Source: Azolla caroliniana
Lineage: Eukaryota > Plantae > Polypodiophyta
Direction: 5' to 3'
DNA length: 64,000 nucleotides
Assembly (NCBI GenBank): GCA_043228905.1
Contig: JBHGNT010000007.1
Location: forward strand, 992,001 to 1,056,000
Under the pieces are notes generated by a model, which saw only the letters and a list, made by a program, of their open reading frames with translations, was not told the origin of the DNA and did no database searches. A program made the position numbers and the translations under genes. Shown here one piece after another: positions 36,244 through 48,185 of this stretch. Position 1 is the stretch's first letter. Every line of letters starts with the position of its first letter.

Positions 36244-39200
36244 ATTTTTGTATCTCATATTCTCCTTGTATTCATACACCTTCTTCTTGAGTATTCTATT
36301 TTCCATTCTATCTAATCGATCTTGTGTTTTCTCTTCTCTCATCTCTTTCCTTTCACACATACACATAACACACATCTCTTACGTTGCACAAGAATCATAT
36401 ATGATTCTGTACATGGTATCAGAGCGATTTGGTAGCTCGATCTAGCCCATCTGTGTGTGTTGTGTTCTACGCCGACCTTGAAGAAGAACCGGGTCATCGA
36501 TATCGTCGTACATCTACATAGCTCGTGTTCAAGAGAGAAGGAAAAGAATAAAGAAAGCTTCATTGACAATAAATACTCAAATGGGGAGCGCTCTCCCTAG
36601 TGAGAAGCTGGATTGAAACAACTTTGCATCTTGGGAGTACAAGATGCACCAATACCTTGTCGGTCAAGGATATTGGAGCTACATCAAAGGAAACAGGTCG
36701 ACATGTACGATGTCTTCAGTGGGATAGAGGAAAAGAGTACTTCTCCAACGAATTTTCAGCTTTTCTTCGGAAAGAAGGAATTCGATGAGAGTTTTCGTGT
36801 CAACATACACCACAAAAGAATGGAGTAGCCGAAGGAAAGAATCGACACATCCTTGAAGTAGCGCATCTACCTAATGAACCGGTGTATAACATCTGGCGTG
36901 CATGAGGTTAGAAGCCGGATTTATCACATGTTCGGATAATCGGCTCCATTGCATACGTGCACATCCCCGACGAGAAGCGACAAAAGCTCGGCCTAAAGTC
37001 AGAGAAATGTATCCTCGTAGGATACTCACTGGAGCAAAAGGGGTACAAGTGCTATAACCGCTCAACTCGAAAATCTCGAGTAAGTCGAGTCGTCATTTTC
37101 GACGAGTCCGCATCTTGGTACGCACTAGAGACAACTTCGACTCTGCTTCCGCTTGACCCGGAATCCGCCAAAATAGAGATAGAAGCCGAAGATCAACTCA
37201 CGTGCATGTACGAAGAAAACCTGATTACGACAAGGCTTAGTGGGCCACAAGAGCGTCTGAGCGATCAAAGCACATCTCAGTCGAGTCCGATGTTGGACAA
37301 AGGGAAGGCGAAAATGCCGGAGTATGAAGACGATCACTTCGACGACAACTAATCGACTCACTCCCTCGATAGTGAGTTCGAAGGACTTGACATCCGGACA
37401 AATGGAGCGAAGAAAGTTGTAGTATTCGCAAATGAGAAGCTCCACCGATCCACCCATGAAAAGAACCCTGTAAGCCGATTCAGCTACAACGATTATATGG
37501 CGTACCATTACACCTTTATGATGAAGATAACGACAATACGGGAGCCGGAAACGTTTTCCGAAGCCGCGAAGGATCCCAGATGGGTTGAAGCGATGAATGA
37601 GGAGATGCAAGCACTCTCCAAAATCAAGGCATGGGATCTTGTCCCCCACTCACCGCACAAGAAGGCGATCAGCTGCAGATGGATCTACAAGGTGAAGTAT
37701 AACGCCGACGGCTCCGTAAACCGCTATAAAGCTCGACTCGTAGCAAAAGGATACGCATAGACGCATGGAGTCGACTACGAAGAGACATTTGTCCCGATGG
37801 CAAAGATGACGACTGCGTGGACCGTGATTGCACTCGCAGCGACGAAAGGGTGGCACCTCCACCAAATGGACATCAAGAACACCTTTCTTCAAGGAGAATT
37901 AGAAGAGGAGGAGTACATGGTACAACGACCTGGCTTCGAATCCAACATTCATTCGAAAGCTATATGCCAACTCAAGAAGCCTCTGTACGGCCTCAATCAA
38001 GCACCGCGTGCTTGGCATTCGAAGATTACGCAATATCTTCATCAAATTGACTTGTGAATGTCGAAATCCGACGACTCCCTCTACATATGAAACGACTCTA
38101 GAAGCTCGATTGTCATCATCCTATACGTGGATGATGTGGTCATTGGAGGAGAAAGTTTAGTCAACATCAACAAGGTGAAATCCCTCCTCTCCAACAATTC
38201 GAGATGACAGACATGAAGGAACTTCATTACTTCCTAGGCATCGAAGTAATTCGGATTCCGACCGGCATTATGATCTCTCAACGACACTACACTCTCAACT
38301 TATTATGCAAGTTCGGGATGACAAAGTGCAAATATGTGGCAACCCCTCTCGATCGAAACCTCAAACTACATGCCGACTCCGGCACAAACGAGTGCGAGTT
38401 GACTCAATATCGACAACTGATTAGGAGCCTCATCTATCTCACGATCACGCGACCCGACCTCAACTATCTGGTCAGCCTCCTTAGCCAATTCATGCAAACT
38501 CCGCAAGATATCCATTTCAATTGCGCTAAGTGAGTATTACGATACGTGAGCGGCAAAATGGATTACGACATCCTTTACGCATCAGCCACACCGATTCGAC
38601 TCGAAGGGTACACGGATGCCAATTGGGCCGTCTACAAAGCCGATCGACAATCAACCTCTGGTTTTGTCTTCTCCCTTGGCAGCGGAGCAATTTTGTGGAG
38701 TAGCAAGAAGAAACCAACCGTAGCTCTTTCGAGTACGAAGGCCGAATAAAGGGGCGCAGCCATAGCTGCATGTGAAGCCGTATGGCTCAAGAGGATTTTG
38801 AAGGATATGGGCGTTCCCATCAAGGATCTAACTCCCATTTACTGCGAGAACATGAACAGTATATGTCTAGCTCGAAACCCAATGTTCCATGCACGCACAA
38901 AGCATATCGAAGTGCACTACCACTTCATTTGAGAGCGTGTTTAGGCCGGAGATGTCGATCTTCTACACATCAACATGAATTTTCAGACAATCGATATCTT
39001 CACCAAGGCCCTAGGAGCCAATAAGCTTCGGCAATTCATGTCAAACCTTGGATTGACGATCCCTGACTTGCCAAGCTTGAGGGGGAGTACAAGCGAGAAC
39101 CGGATACCATCCGAACCAAATACCAGCCAAAGCAAACATCAATCAAAAGGAACCGACCCAAGTTGAGCTTGAGGGGGGATGTTGAGAATCAAGCTCAACA

Positions 39201-39289
39201 TAGTGCAACATGTGAACACACCTTTTGAGAATCTATGATTACTCAAAGGTCAAGAGTCACACCACTACTCTCTACACATTAACTATGTG

Positions 39290-39696
39290 TCATAGAATCA
39301 TATTCTATTACACATAACTAATGAGTTACATAGAAACAGGTCCCTCCGGATGAGGAGTACCCGGCAACGGAAGACCCGGTGAGAACCGGATGAGAAGTAC
39401 CCGGAAACAGAAGACCCGGTGAGAACCGGATGAGGAGTACCCGGAAACGGAAGACCCAGAGAGAACCGAATGAGGAGAGAACCGGATGATGAGTGCCCGG
39501 CAAGCGCCGGATGATGCAGGCCCGGTGAAGAGTGCTCACCGGATGAAGGGACATATTCATAAATATGTTTCTGAGAGTCCATCAGGGCTATATTTGTAAA
39601 TAGCCGAAAAGTCATATTAGTATAAATATGACTTAGGGCAAACTTTAGTATGTTGTTGTCATTCTTGGTTGCGCAAGATTAGAGCGCGTAATTGTG

Positions 39697-39746
<50 letters not shown>

Positions 39747-40020
39747 GAGGTCGTTGCCTCTGTTGTAACCGTCGCCTGTGGCAAAGATAGCAAGCTCGAG
39801 GTCGTTGCCTCAGTGCTCCACTATTCTACATTTTGATATAGTGATAGTTCGTAGTCTGTGGGCTGTCGTGGTTTTTCCCTAGTTTGGGTTTTCCACGTAA
39901 ACATCCTGTGTACTCTTCTCTCCTTTGCGTCGTGTATTCATTCCCCGTTTTTTCTGTGTATGATTCTAAGCTCGGTTGTGGCCGAGCGTTGCGCATAGGG
40001 AGCATGTAGTTCCTGTCACA
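39290..40020 (+). mobile_element. LTR-like insert replacing part of the 3' LTR of B; contains a ~40-bp tandem array (39345-39545) and (AG)n
   Basis: Absent from the 5' LTR of B. Has a TATA-like tataaata and the LTR-type motif gtggtttttccc..gggttttccacgtaaa, and ends in ..CA at 40020. Left boundary and TSD unresolved. Confidence 0.65.
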
Positions 40021-40229
40021 TACTTCATATTAAGTCGGTTGTGACTCCTTGTAATGCTACATTTTGTATTTGCTATTCTACTTGTGAATATACACCTTCT
40101 TCTTGAGTATTCCTTTTTCGATCTATCTTGTGTTCTCTCTTCTCTCCTCTAATTCCTCTCACACATACACATAACACACATCTCTTCCCCTACACAAGAA
40201 TCATACCCGATTCTTTACAGTTTCATTTC

Positions 40230-41195
40230 TGAAAGGATTTACACTCATAGTTAAATCACAAATGTCAAAGAACACAAACAGAAATTAGACTACACGCAAT
40301 TTACATGGGAAAATCCCAAAACAGGGATAAAAAGCACAGGCACTTTGGCCAACAAAATTTCACTATGAGTGGAGTGTACAAACCAAAATAGATTTTAGAG
40401 CTTACAGCTCTCTATAACGAAGGTTCAACTATGAGAGTACAACAACAGTACGAATCTCACAACACAATGTATGAAATGAATAAACCTAATTCAGGATATG
40501 GTGTACACTAGGTCATTGTCTGAGACCTGGATTAGGGTTTCAGCCTTGTCCACCAAGGACCCTCTTTTCTTCCTTGTCTTTACTGTTTTCCCTTTGTCTC
40601 CCTTTCTTTCTTAGTTCTTCCTCGTTTCACACACTCTCTCTCTTCTTCTCTGTTTCACTCTTGCTCTCACTTTGTTCTCTACTTCGCATTCTCTGTTCCC
40701 TCTTCTTCTCTCTCTCTCTCATGCTTTCCACATCTCTTCGATCGAGCCCACTCTTTGCATGAATTCCTCTCACAACCACAATGTGCACTCTCGATTGCAA
40801 CATTCATTGGTAAAGTTCTTGAACATCGAGAGTCACTACTCACTTTCACACATATCACGTGAAATGTAATATTTTTGGTCTCATCGGTCATATTTGACCT
40901 CCGAAGACGATAATATAATCTATCTATATATCTCACTCTTTGTTCTTCTCTCTCAGCCTTCTCTCTCCCTTAGGTCTTCTCAGGTTTGCAACTCTCTCTA
41001 GAACACACAAAGATAACTCACACACTCAATATATAACCTAACTCATATATATATATATATATATATTCTCTTCCATTCGGCCGAGTCTCATTTCGGCTTT
41101 TCGGTTGATTTCGGCCAACCGACTCATTTCGGCTTCTTAGCTGATTTCTGCTTTTCAGCCGCCTCCCCCATCAGGAGGGACAATCTTGCACAACA
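40230..41195 (-). mobile_element. solo LTR (966 bp)
   Basis: TG...CA termini with 5-bp TSD ATTTC at 40225-40229 and 41196-41200. Minus strand carries the LTR-type motif gggattttcccatgtaaa. Confidence 0.85.
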
Positions 41196-41612
41196 ATTTC
41201 TTCATGTTATTTCATCCAACAAACCCTAAACATCTATCACACCTTGTTTGTCCATCTTGACTCTCCATTAGCATATGATGTAAACATCTCCTCACAAAGT
41301 GTAATATGATACGAGGTTCTTGATTCAATGATCAAGTTAGTTCATTGGCATGCTAAACTTATACAAGCATCATAGAAGTGACGTTTGACACACACACACA
41401 CCCTCTCTCTCACAAGAGAACTGACAAATCTTCTCTCTCTACAAAATCTAGATATCTAATATTCACATTCCCTCACACAGACAAACCCCATAGCTCCTCT
41501 CTCTCTCTCTCTAGAGTCTAGGCATACACTCAAACCATTGTCTCCTCACACATGCAAAACAGGGCTTCTCTCTCTAGACCACACACGCTCTCTCTTTCTC
41601 TCTCTTTTTTGG

Positions 41613-41671
<59 letters not shown>

Positions 41672-42539
41672 ATATGTACACCATATGTATATATCTATGT
41701 ACCGTGTATGGATTTCAATCATACTCGAAGCCTTTTCACGTTGTCGTGAAGAAAACCGTCCATAAGCGGAATCGGCGCACCAAGGCGTGGGAACCGGTTC
41801 TTCACGCGCGCACGCTCCAAGTTGAACATAGAAACGAATTAGGAGGATAATCGGCAGGAACGGGCCCTAACACAAGTGGAGACAAAGACCGCGCGAACAA
41901 TCTTTTCGGTCGCGCGCGCGAGCTAAGGGACTGCACGAGTCGGCGGCGTAACTACGCGGATGCGTGAAGAACGGAGCGGATCCCTGTTCGAAAGGGACAG
42001 GGAATAAAGCTGACATGACGGCCTGCTCGTCGGCCTATATAAGGAGCAGGAAAGAGCTGTTGCAGGGATCTCGCGCAGAGAGGACGAAGTGCTGTCGGAC
42101 CGTTTCTGGACACTTCTCTCTCTGTTTCCTTCCTTCTTGAGCTCCATAGCTTTTCTGTGCAGGGTTCCGAGGAGGCTCGCGCTGTTTCGAGGAACGCCTG
42201 AGTGCTTCCGGCAGCACCTCCGACCTGCTACCCCTTTGTGCGTCGAAATGAACAAGCATCGGCATCTGTTCGCCGGCCTGTTCGGTTGTAACCAACCTGT
42301 GCCCCATCGAGGGTTGTAGTCGCGTTAGCCATTTTTGTTAATATACATATTTAGTCATTCGCATCTGTCTGTGTCGGTGTCTGTTCGCGTTCTCCGTGCT
42401 GAAGGGCCGTGTCCCTGTGTATCCCCGGTCCTGCGTAGCCGGTTCTCTCTCTTTCTCCTCCCTCGCTTGCTCTTTGGTTCGAGACCCCCGCGGTCCCGCC
42501 TCGTTTTCCACACGCACTTGCGTAATATCTCGACATCTT

Positions 42540-42557
42540 TGGTGAACCCGACGTGAA
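42540..42557 (+). promoter_or_regulatory. primer-binding site complementary to the tRNA-Trp 3' end
   Basis: TGGTGAACCCGACGTGAA is the reverse complement of ..TTCACGTCGGGTTCACCA, the plant cytosolic tRNA-Trp(CCA) 3' end as I recall it. Confidence 0.85.
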
Positions 42558-42579
42558 GGAGGCGGCAGAAGAGCAGAAG

Positions 42580-44706
42580 ATGAGGGGGTCGGATCTTGCA
42601 GAGGCCATGGCTTCGGCCGTGGATCGGATTGTAAACGCGCGCGAGGGCACCGGTGCCCTCGATAGAGCTATTGAGGCGGTCGTCGGCACGATCGGCCGGT
42701 TCGATGGGAAGGATGCCACGAAGTATTTGGCGTCCTACGGTGCAGAGATGCTGATGCGGGACATTCCGGAAGAAAGGCGTCTTGCCGGATTTCCCCGAGT
42801 GGCGATGCCGAGCATCCATGCGGAGGTGCTCGAGGTGCGGGCGGAGAGCCGTACCTGGGAGGAGTTCGAAGGTCGGCTCCTAGAGAAATACGGGCTGGAC
42901 GACGCGCTCCGGCTTTCGAAGCGAAGGTTCATGGAATGGGTGGAGTCCCCGGGGAAGGGAAGAAACGCGTCGGCAGTCCTCCGGGAGTTCGAGGAAAACT
43001 TTGCGCGCCTTTCGGCGCTCGACCGAACCATCCTGGACACGAACCGGGTCTTGCTGTTTGTCAAGTCGGTCGACGAGTGGGATCGGGAGCAAGTGGGCCT
43101 CTTGCTGGAAACCGAAGACGGGCTCACTACCGACTGGGCGGCTGTCAAGAAAGTCTGTGGCCGTTTCGACAAACGGTGAGAATGGGCGGATAACGGGGCA
43201 ACCGGGTCGGGCTCGGTCGCAGCAAGGAAGCTCGAACCAGCGCCACAGGTGCGAAAGGAAGAGACCCGAGAGTGGTTGGAAACCGGTTCGGCTTCGACCG
43301 GCGTAGTCAGAGGCTCAACCGGAGGAGCGGCGCTGGAGGAATTGACGAGGGCGATAAAGGACCTCCAAATCGCGCAAGCCCGAAGGGAAGGTGGCGAACC
43401 GGCTCGTGACCGACGGCCGGCGGCAGGAAACAGGTGCATGTGGTGCGATGAAGTCGGCCACATTCGGAAGGACTGCGGCGACTTCGCGGAGGCGCTGAGG
43501 GACAGGGTGGTGTACCTGTGGGAAGGACGGGTGCATGCCAGCGACACCCGAAGGGCCCTGAGCCGAAACAACGGGCGAGGTGGTATGAAAAGGTTGATGG
43601 AAGAGGCGGCGGCCCAACACGCGGAAACCGTCCACTACTCGGCGTCGGCCGGCATTCGAGGCGGGGGCGGCGAGGCCCGAAGGGAAAGCAAAGCCGGATT
43701 CTGGCCGACGATGCTGGAAGGCCTTGCCGGTGCAAGGCTTAAAAGGGAGGAATCGGACCGTGCGGAGAAACGGGTACGGGAGATGACCGGGTGGAGCGAC
43801 CCGGTCGAGGAAAAGATGGGCTTCGTGGAAGCCGCTTGCCAGAACTACGAGGCTCTGGTAGAAGAGAAGCGGGTGGGGAAACCCGGGACGACCGGGCCCT
43901 CACAACGATACGAGACCCGGTCCGGGCCACGACGGGACGAAGCCGGCGGGGCCGGTACGCAAGATAAACCCCAGAAGGGCGGGTACCGTCTGGGGACGGG
44001 GATAGAAAGGACCACGGACTTACGAAAGGTCCTGGAGGAACGGATCCTCGACAGCAAGGTGGAGCTGTTGTTACGAGAGGTGCTGGGAATCGCCAAGAAG
44101 GAGTTCCACGACTCCATCGTGGACTTGGTGAAACGGAAGAGGCTGTCAACGGAGACAGAACCGGAAAGACCGGTGGAAGTGCGGACGACGCACCTAGACG
44201 ACATGGCGCTGGGAGACGAGTGGGCGGAAAGCCACTATTCGAGACCACACTGGGCCCGAGCGACCACGGAAACCCCGGTGAAGATCGGCGATGTCCAGGA
44301 ACCGGTGATAGCTTTGGTGGACCACGGATCGGAGATCAATTTGATGTCCATGGACTTCTATAAGAAGGGCAAATGGCCGATCAACACCAAGCACGGGTGG
44401 AAAATAAGGGCAGCAACGCGCGCCACCGAGGAACTGCACGGGGCCTGTCCGAATGTGCGAGTCAAGATCGGCGACGTCGAGATTGACCAGCACTTCTTCG
44501 TGCAGGAGACGTCTTCGCATCCGGTCATACTGGGAGAGCCGTACATCACGGCGGCGCGAATGGAGACCAAGGTGCTGGACAATGGTTCGGCCTACGCGAG
44601 GGTCAAAAGCCAAGACGGGCGCCATTCGGTCCAGTTTCTGACGGTACAGCCGAACCACGAACGTAACCGCGACTCCCTCGGTTCCGAAAACCGAGAGGAT
44701 TTTTAG
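42580..44706 (+). pseudogene. gag-protease ORF of element E, one in-frame TGA at 43177-43179
   Basis: Same frame on both sides of the stop. Zinc knuckle CMWCDEVGHIRKDC; aspartic protease ALVDHGSEINLM..VILGEP. Confidence 0.9.
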
Positions 44707-44762
44707 AGAGGACTGCCAAGGCGTGGGGCCGCGACAGTCCGGATGCTCCGGGAAAACCCCAC
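44697..44762 (+). promoter_or_regulatory. candidate -1 programmed ribosomal frameshift signal
   Basis: Slippery G_GAT_TTT at 44697-44703, directly before the gag-pro TAG. 6-nt spacer, then stem GGACTG/CAGTCC. Loop GTGGGG is complementary to the downstream CCCCAC. Confidence 0.8.
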
Positions 44763-47700
44763 ATCTGTACGATAAAACCGTGTACAATAGGTAGGAAATT
44801 TTGCTTCTCCGACAGCGGAGCATGTACGATGGTCGGCATCGCCGGCCGAGAGAAAACAAAGACGGAGGGGAGACTTCGAGCGTGCGGAGTTCTCGGCCCT
44901 GACGAAGAAATCAACGGAGCCGTGGAGGCAGTCTCCTTCGACGACACCTTGGGAATGCTGGGGAAGGTAGTCGATGAAGACCTTAACGAAGACCGGACGA
45001 TACCGGTATGTTCCGCAGAAATGTACGAAGTCATCGCGGACTTCGGTCGAGGGCTCGAGTCGGAACGGACGGCCCGAGTTAGCACCAAGTACAAGACTGT
45101 GGACCGGAAGGTGAGGCCAGTTGCGGCGCCCTTACCGGAGGGCAGCGAATCCCGAATCAAAGGGGTTGCATCGGACCCCAGCTTACGAGATCCGGCCTGC
45201 ATAGGACACACCTTCACCAACGAGACGCTCCGCGAGCTGAAGATCGGTGGGGGCGGGTTCCTACTGCCGGTGGAGGAAGACCGGTTTCGCAGAATGCTCG
45301 GAAGGCACGGGAAAGCCTTCGCATTCTCACCGGAGGAAATCGGGTGCGTAGACCCGACGATCGTAGAGCCAATGGTGATATTCACGGTACCGCATGTACC
45401 GTGGAATCTCAAGCCAATTCCGGTTCCGAGAGCTCACATCCCGAAGTTGATGGAGCTGTTGAAGCAGAAAGTTGATATGGGCATTCTCGAGCCGTCGAGC
45501 GCCCCGTATTCAAACCGATGGTTTACCGTACCAAAGAAAAACGGATCGTTGCGCTTCATTCAGGACCTGCAGCCGGTCAATAGAGTGACCATTCGGAACG
45601 CAGGGATCGGACCGACCATAGACGAGTTCGCGGAGGCCTTCGCCGGAAGGTCGATTTACTCGGTCGGTGATCTATACTCAGGGTACGAACAATTCCAGCT
45701 AGCCGTGGAGAGCAGAGACATTACGACGATGCGAACTCCCCTCGGCCTAGTGCGGATGTGTACGCTGCCGCAAGGAGGGACCAACTCGGTGGCCCACATG
45801 GTGAATGCAATGAATAAGGTGCTGAGGGACTGCATCCCGGACATCACCATGCCGTTTCTAGACGACATCCCGATCAAGGGATGCCCGGTAGAAGAGAAGG
45901 ACGAGACGATCGGGCCGGACGGATGCCGGCGATTCGTGGTGACGCACATCGACGACTGCGAGAAGGTGCTGCAAAGGCTAGAGGATGCGAGGCTCACCTT
46001 CTCGGGGGAGAAGTCAGCCTTCGGGCAGTCGGAAATCATGGTGGTCGGACATTTATGTGGACCATATGGCCGGAAACCGTCTCCGGGAAAGGTAGAAGCC
46101 ATCTCCGCGATGAAGCCTGATTGCAGCTCGGTCACGGAAGTACGAAGATTCTTGGGAGCATGCGCCTTCTACCACATATGGATCCCGCATTACGCGCACG
46201 TCGCGGAGCCGCTGTACGGATTATTGAAGAAAGGGCGAAGATTCGAATGGCTAGACAAGCACACGGAGTCGGTCCGGAAGCTGAAGGAGGCTCTTTCGGC
46301 AGCACCGGCGCTCCGAAAGGCCGTCTACAGGAAGGGCACCCCAGTGTACATAACGGTTGACACGAGTCCGACCGGAATCGGGTGGGTCGTCAACCAAGAA
46401 GACGAGGACGGCAATCGGTTTCCGATCCGATTCGGCGCGAAGGTCCTCAGTGAGCGGCAGCGAGGATACGCCCAGGTTAAACGCGAACTCTGGGGTATCG
46501 TTTCGGCGGTGAAGGCCGACAAGGACTATCTGATCGGGACAGAGGTAATCATAGAGACGGATTGCATGCCGATTCTCGGCATGGTTTCCGGATGCGCGAC
46601 GCCGGACCTGGCAATGCTCAGGTGGATAGCGTACATCAAGTCCCTGGACCCGGAAATACGGCACATTTCCGGGAAAGACAACGCCATGGCCGACATGCTT
46701 TCAAGGGCGAGATTCGATGACGAGGGCGGCATGGTTTCGGAGGACGAAGAGGTCGGCGTGGACTTCTTCGAGGCAGCATACGTAACAACCGGCGGGACGA
46801 GCACTCCGGCGCTTAACGACTTCGACGCGAGCAAGTACGACGGGGAGTGGCTACAGATCGGCGGGTTCTTGAGGACAATGGCGCCGGATGCGTCATGGAC
46901 GAAAGACGAGGCCAACCGGATCCGGAAGAAAGCGTACCGGTTCTTTCTCCGGGATGGCTATCTATGGAAGCACCCGAAGAAGAGGGACGGCGCTCCGCTC
47001 CGGGTGGTGGCGATGAAGGAAGAACAGGAGGAGCTGCTGACGGCCTACCACGACAGCCCTTGGGCCGGACACCGTGGAACTTGGGCCACGTTCGAGAAGA
47101 TAAAGGAGAAGTACTGGTGGCCGGGACTGTACCGGAACGTGCATCGATTAGTGACAACTTGCGAGAGCTGTCAGATGCACTCCGTGGTCCGACACCGGGA
47201 CGAGCTTCACCCTACGTACCCTTCGACCATCCACTTCAAATGGATGGTAGATCTGGTGACGATGCCAATGGGGGTAGGACAGATGCGGTACCTGGTCCTA
47301 GCGCGGGAGGATCTGACGAACCAGGTGGAAGGCCGGGCCCTTCCGAACAAAACGACCGCGGCCGTATGTCGGTTCCTAATCGAGGACGTGATATGCCGGT
47401 GAGGGTGCGTCGGGAAGATCGTGGCTGACCGAGGGGAGTTGGACGCCGAAGAAGCCGCGGAGCTGTTCGACCGGCTGGGAGTCAAGCTCTCGCTCACCAC
47501 TGCGTACAATCCGGAGGCGAATGGAAAGGTGGAGCGCGGACACGGACCGATCGTCAAGGCGCTGGTTCGAGCATGCGGAGGCCAAGTCGGTAACTGGCCG
47601 CGGCTGCTACCTTATGCTTTGTGGGCAGACCGGACCACGCACAGTTCGGTAACCGGGTACATGCCGACGGAGCTCATGTTTAGCCAGAAGCCGATCATGC

Positions 47701-48185
47701 CGATGGAACGGACGATCTCCTCGTGGGCAACGGTCGACTGGAGGGACGAGATGAGCCGGGAGGAGTTGTTGGCCGCGCGTATACGACAGCTCGAGCGGAG
47801 ACCGGAGGACGTGGAACTGGCTGCGGAGAAGCTCCGGGTGGCGAGGACAAAGAACAAAGCCAGGTTCGACCGAACGCACCGGCTCCGACCGAAGAAAATC
47901 GAAGAAGGTGACTGGGTGCTCGTCTACGACAGCAGCCTCGACAACCAGCACCGAGCTACACGGAAGTTCGCACGAAGGTGGTTCGGGCCTTACGTGGTAC
48001 GGAGCGCCAATGACAACGGGACATATCACCTGGCGGAACTCGACGGCACGAGAATGGCGATACCGGTTGCAGGGAAGCGGATCAAAGCGTTCAAGAAGCG
48101 ACACGACGACGAGCCAGACCCGGCTCTCCTGGTCAGCAGTGACGAACGATCCGAAAACGAGGAAGAACCGACGGGCGAGGAATGA
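44700..48185 (+). pseudogene. pol (RT-RNase H-integrase) of element E in the -1 frame, one in-frame TGA at 47400-47402
   Basis: Frame is open from the slippery site. Motifs LPQGGTNS, PFLDDIPIKG, TVDTSPTGIG, HDSPWAGH..CESC, WMVDLV, ADRGE, GKVERGH and WFGPY. No chromodomain. Confidence 0.92.

Larger units (their letters stand above)
27083..40219 (+). mobile_element. Ty1/copia element B: 5'-truncated 5' LTR (~27083-27215 plus 36249-36413, split by element C), internally deleted body 36414-39179, 3' LTR 39180-40219 (interrupted)
   Basis: 27171-27215 plus 36244-36413 matches 40021-40219. PBS TGGTATCAGAGC (tRNA-iMet) at 36414. gag start is fused to integrase at ~36690. RT motifs YKARLVAKG and LYVDD, RNase H HARTKHIEVHYHF. 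PPT just before 39180. Confidence 0.88.

Noticed and set aside
39345-39545. Regular ~40-bp repeats as a CRISPR-like array
   Set aside because: Head-to-tail tandem units with no unique spacers, inside an LTR-like sequence of a eukaryote, and no cas genes.
43177-43179. Programmed stop-codon readthrough in gag of element E
   Set aside because: Context TGA GAA is not a known leaky context. It lies mid-gag before the zinc knuckle and fits a CGA-to-TGA mutation. A second stop interrupts the integrase core.
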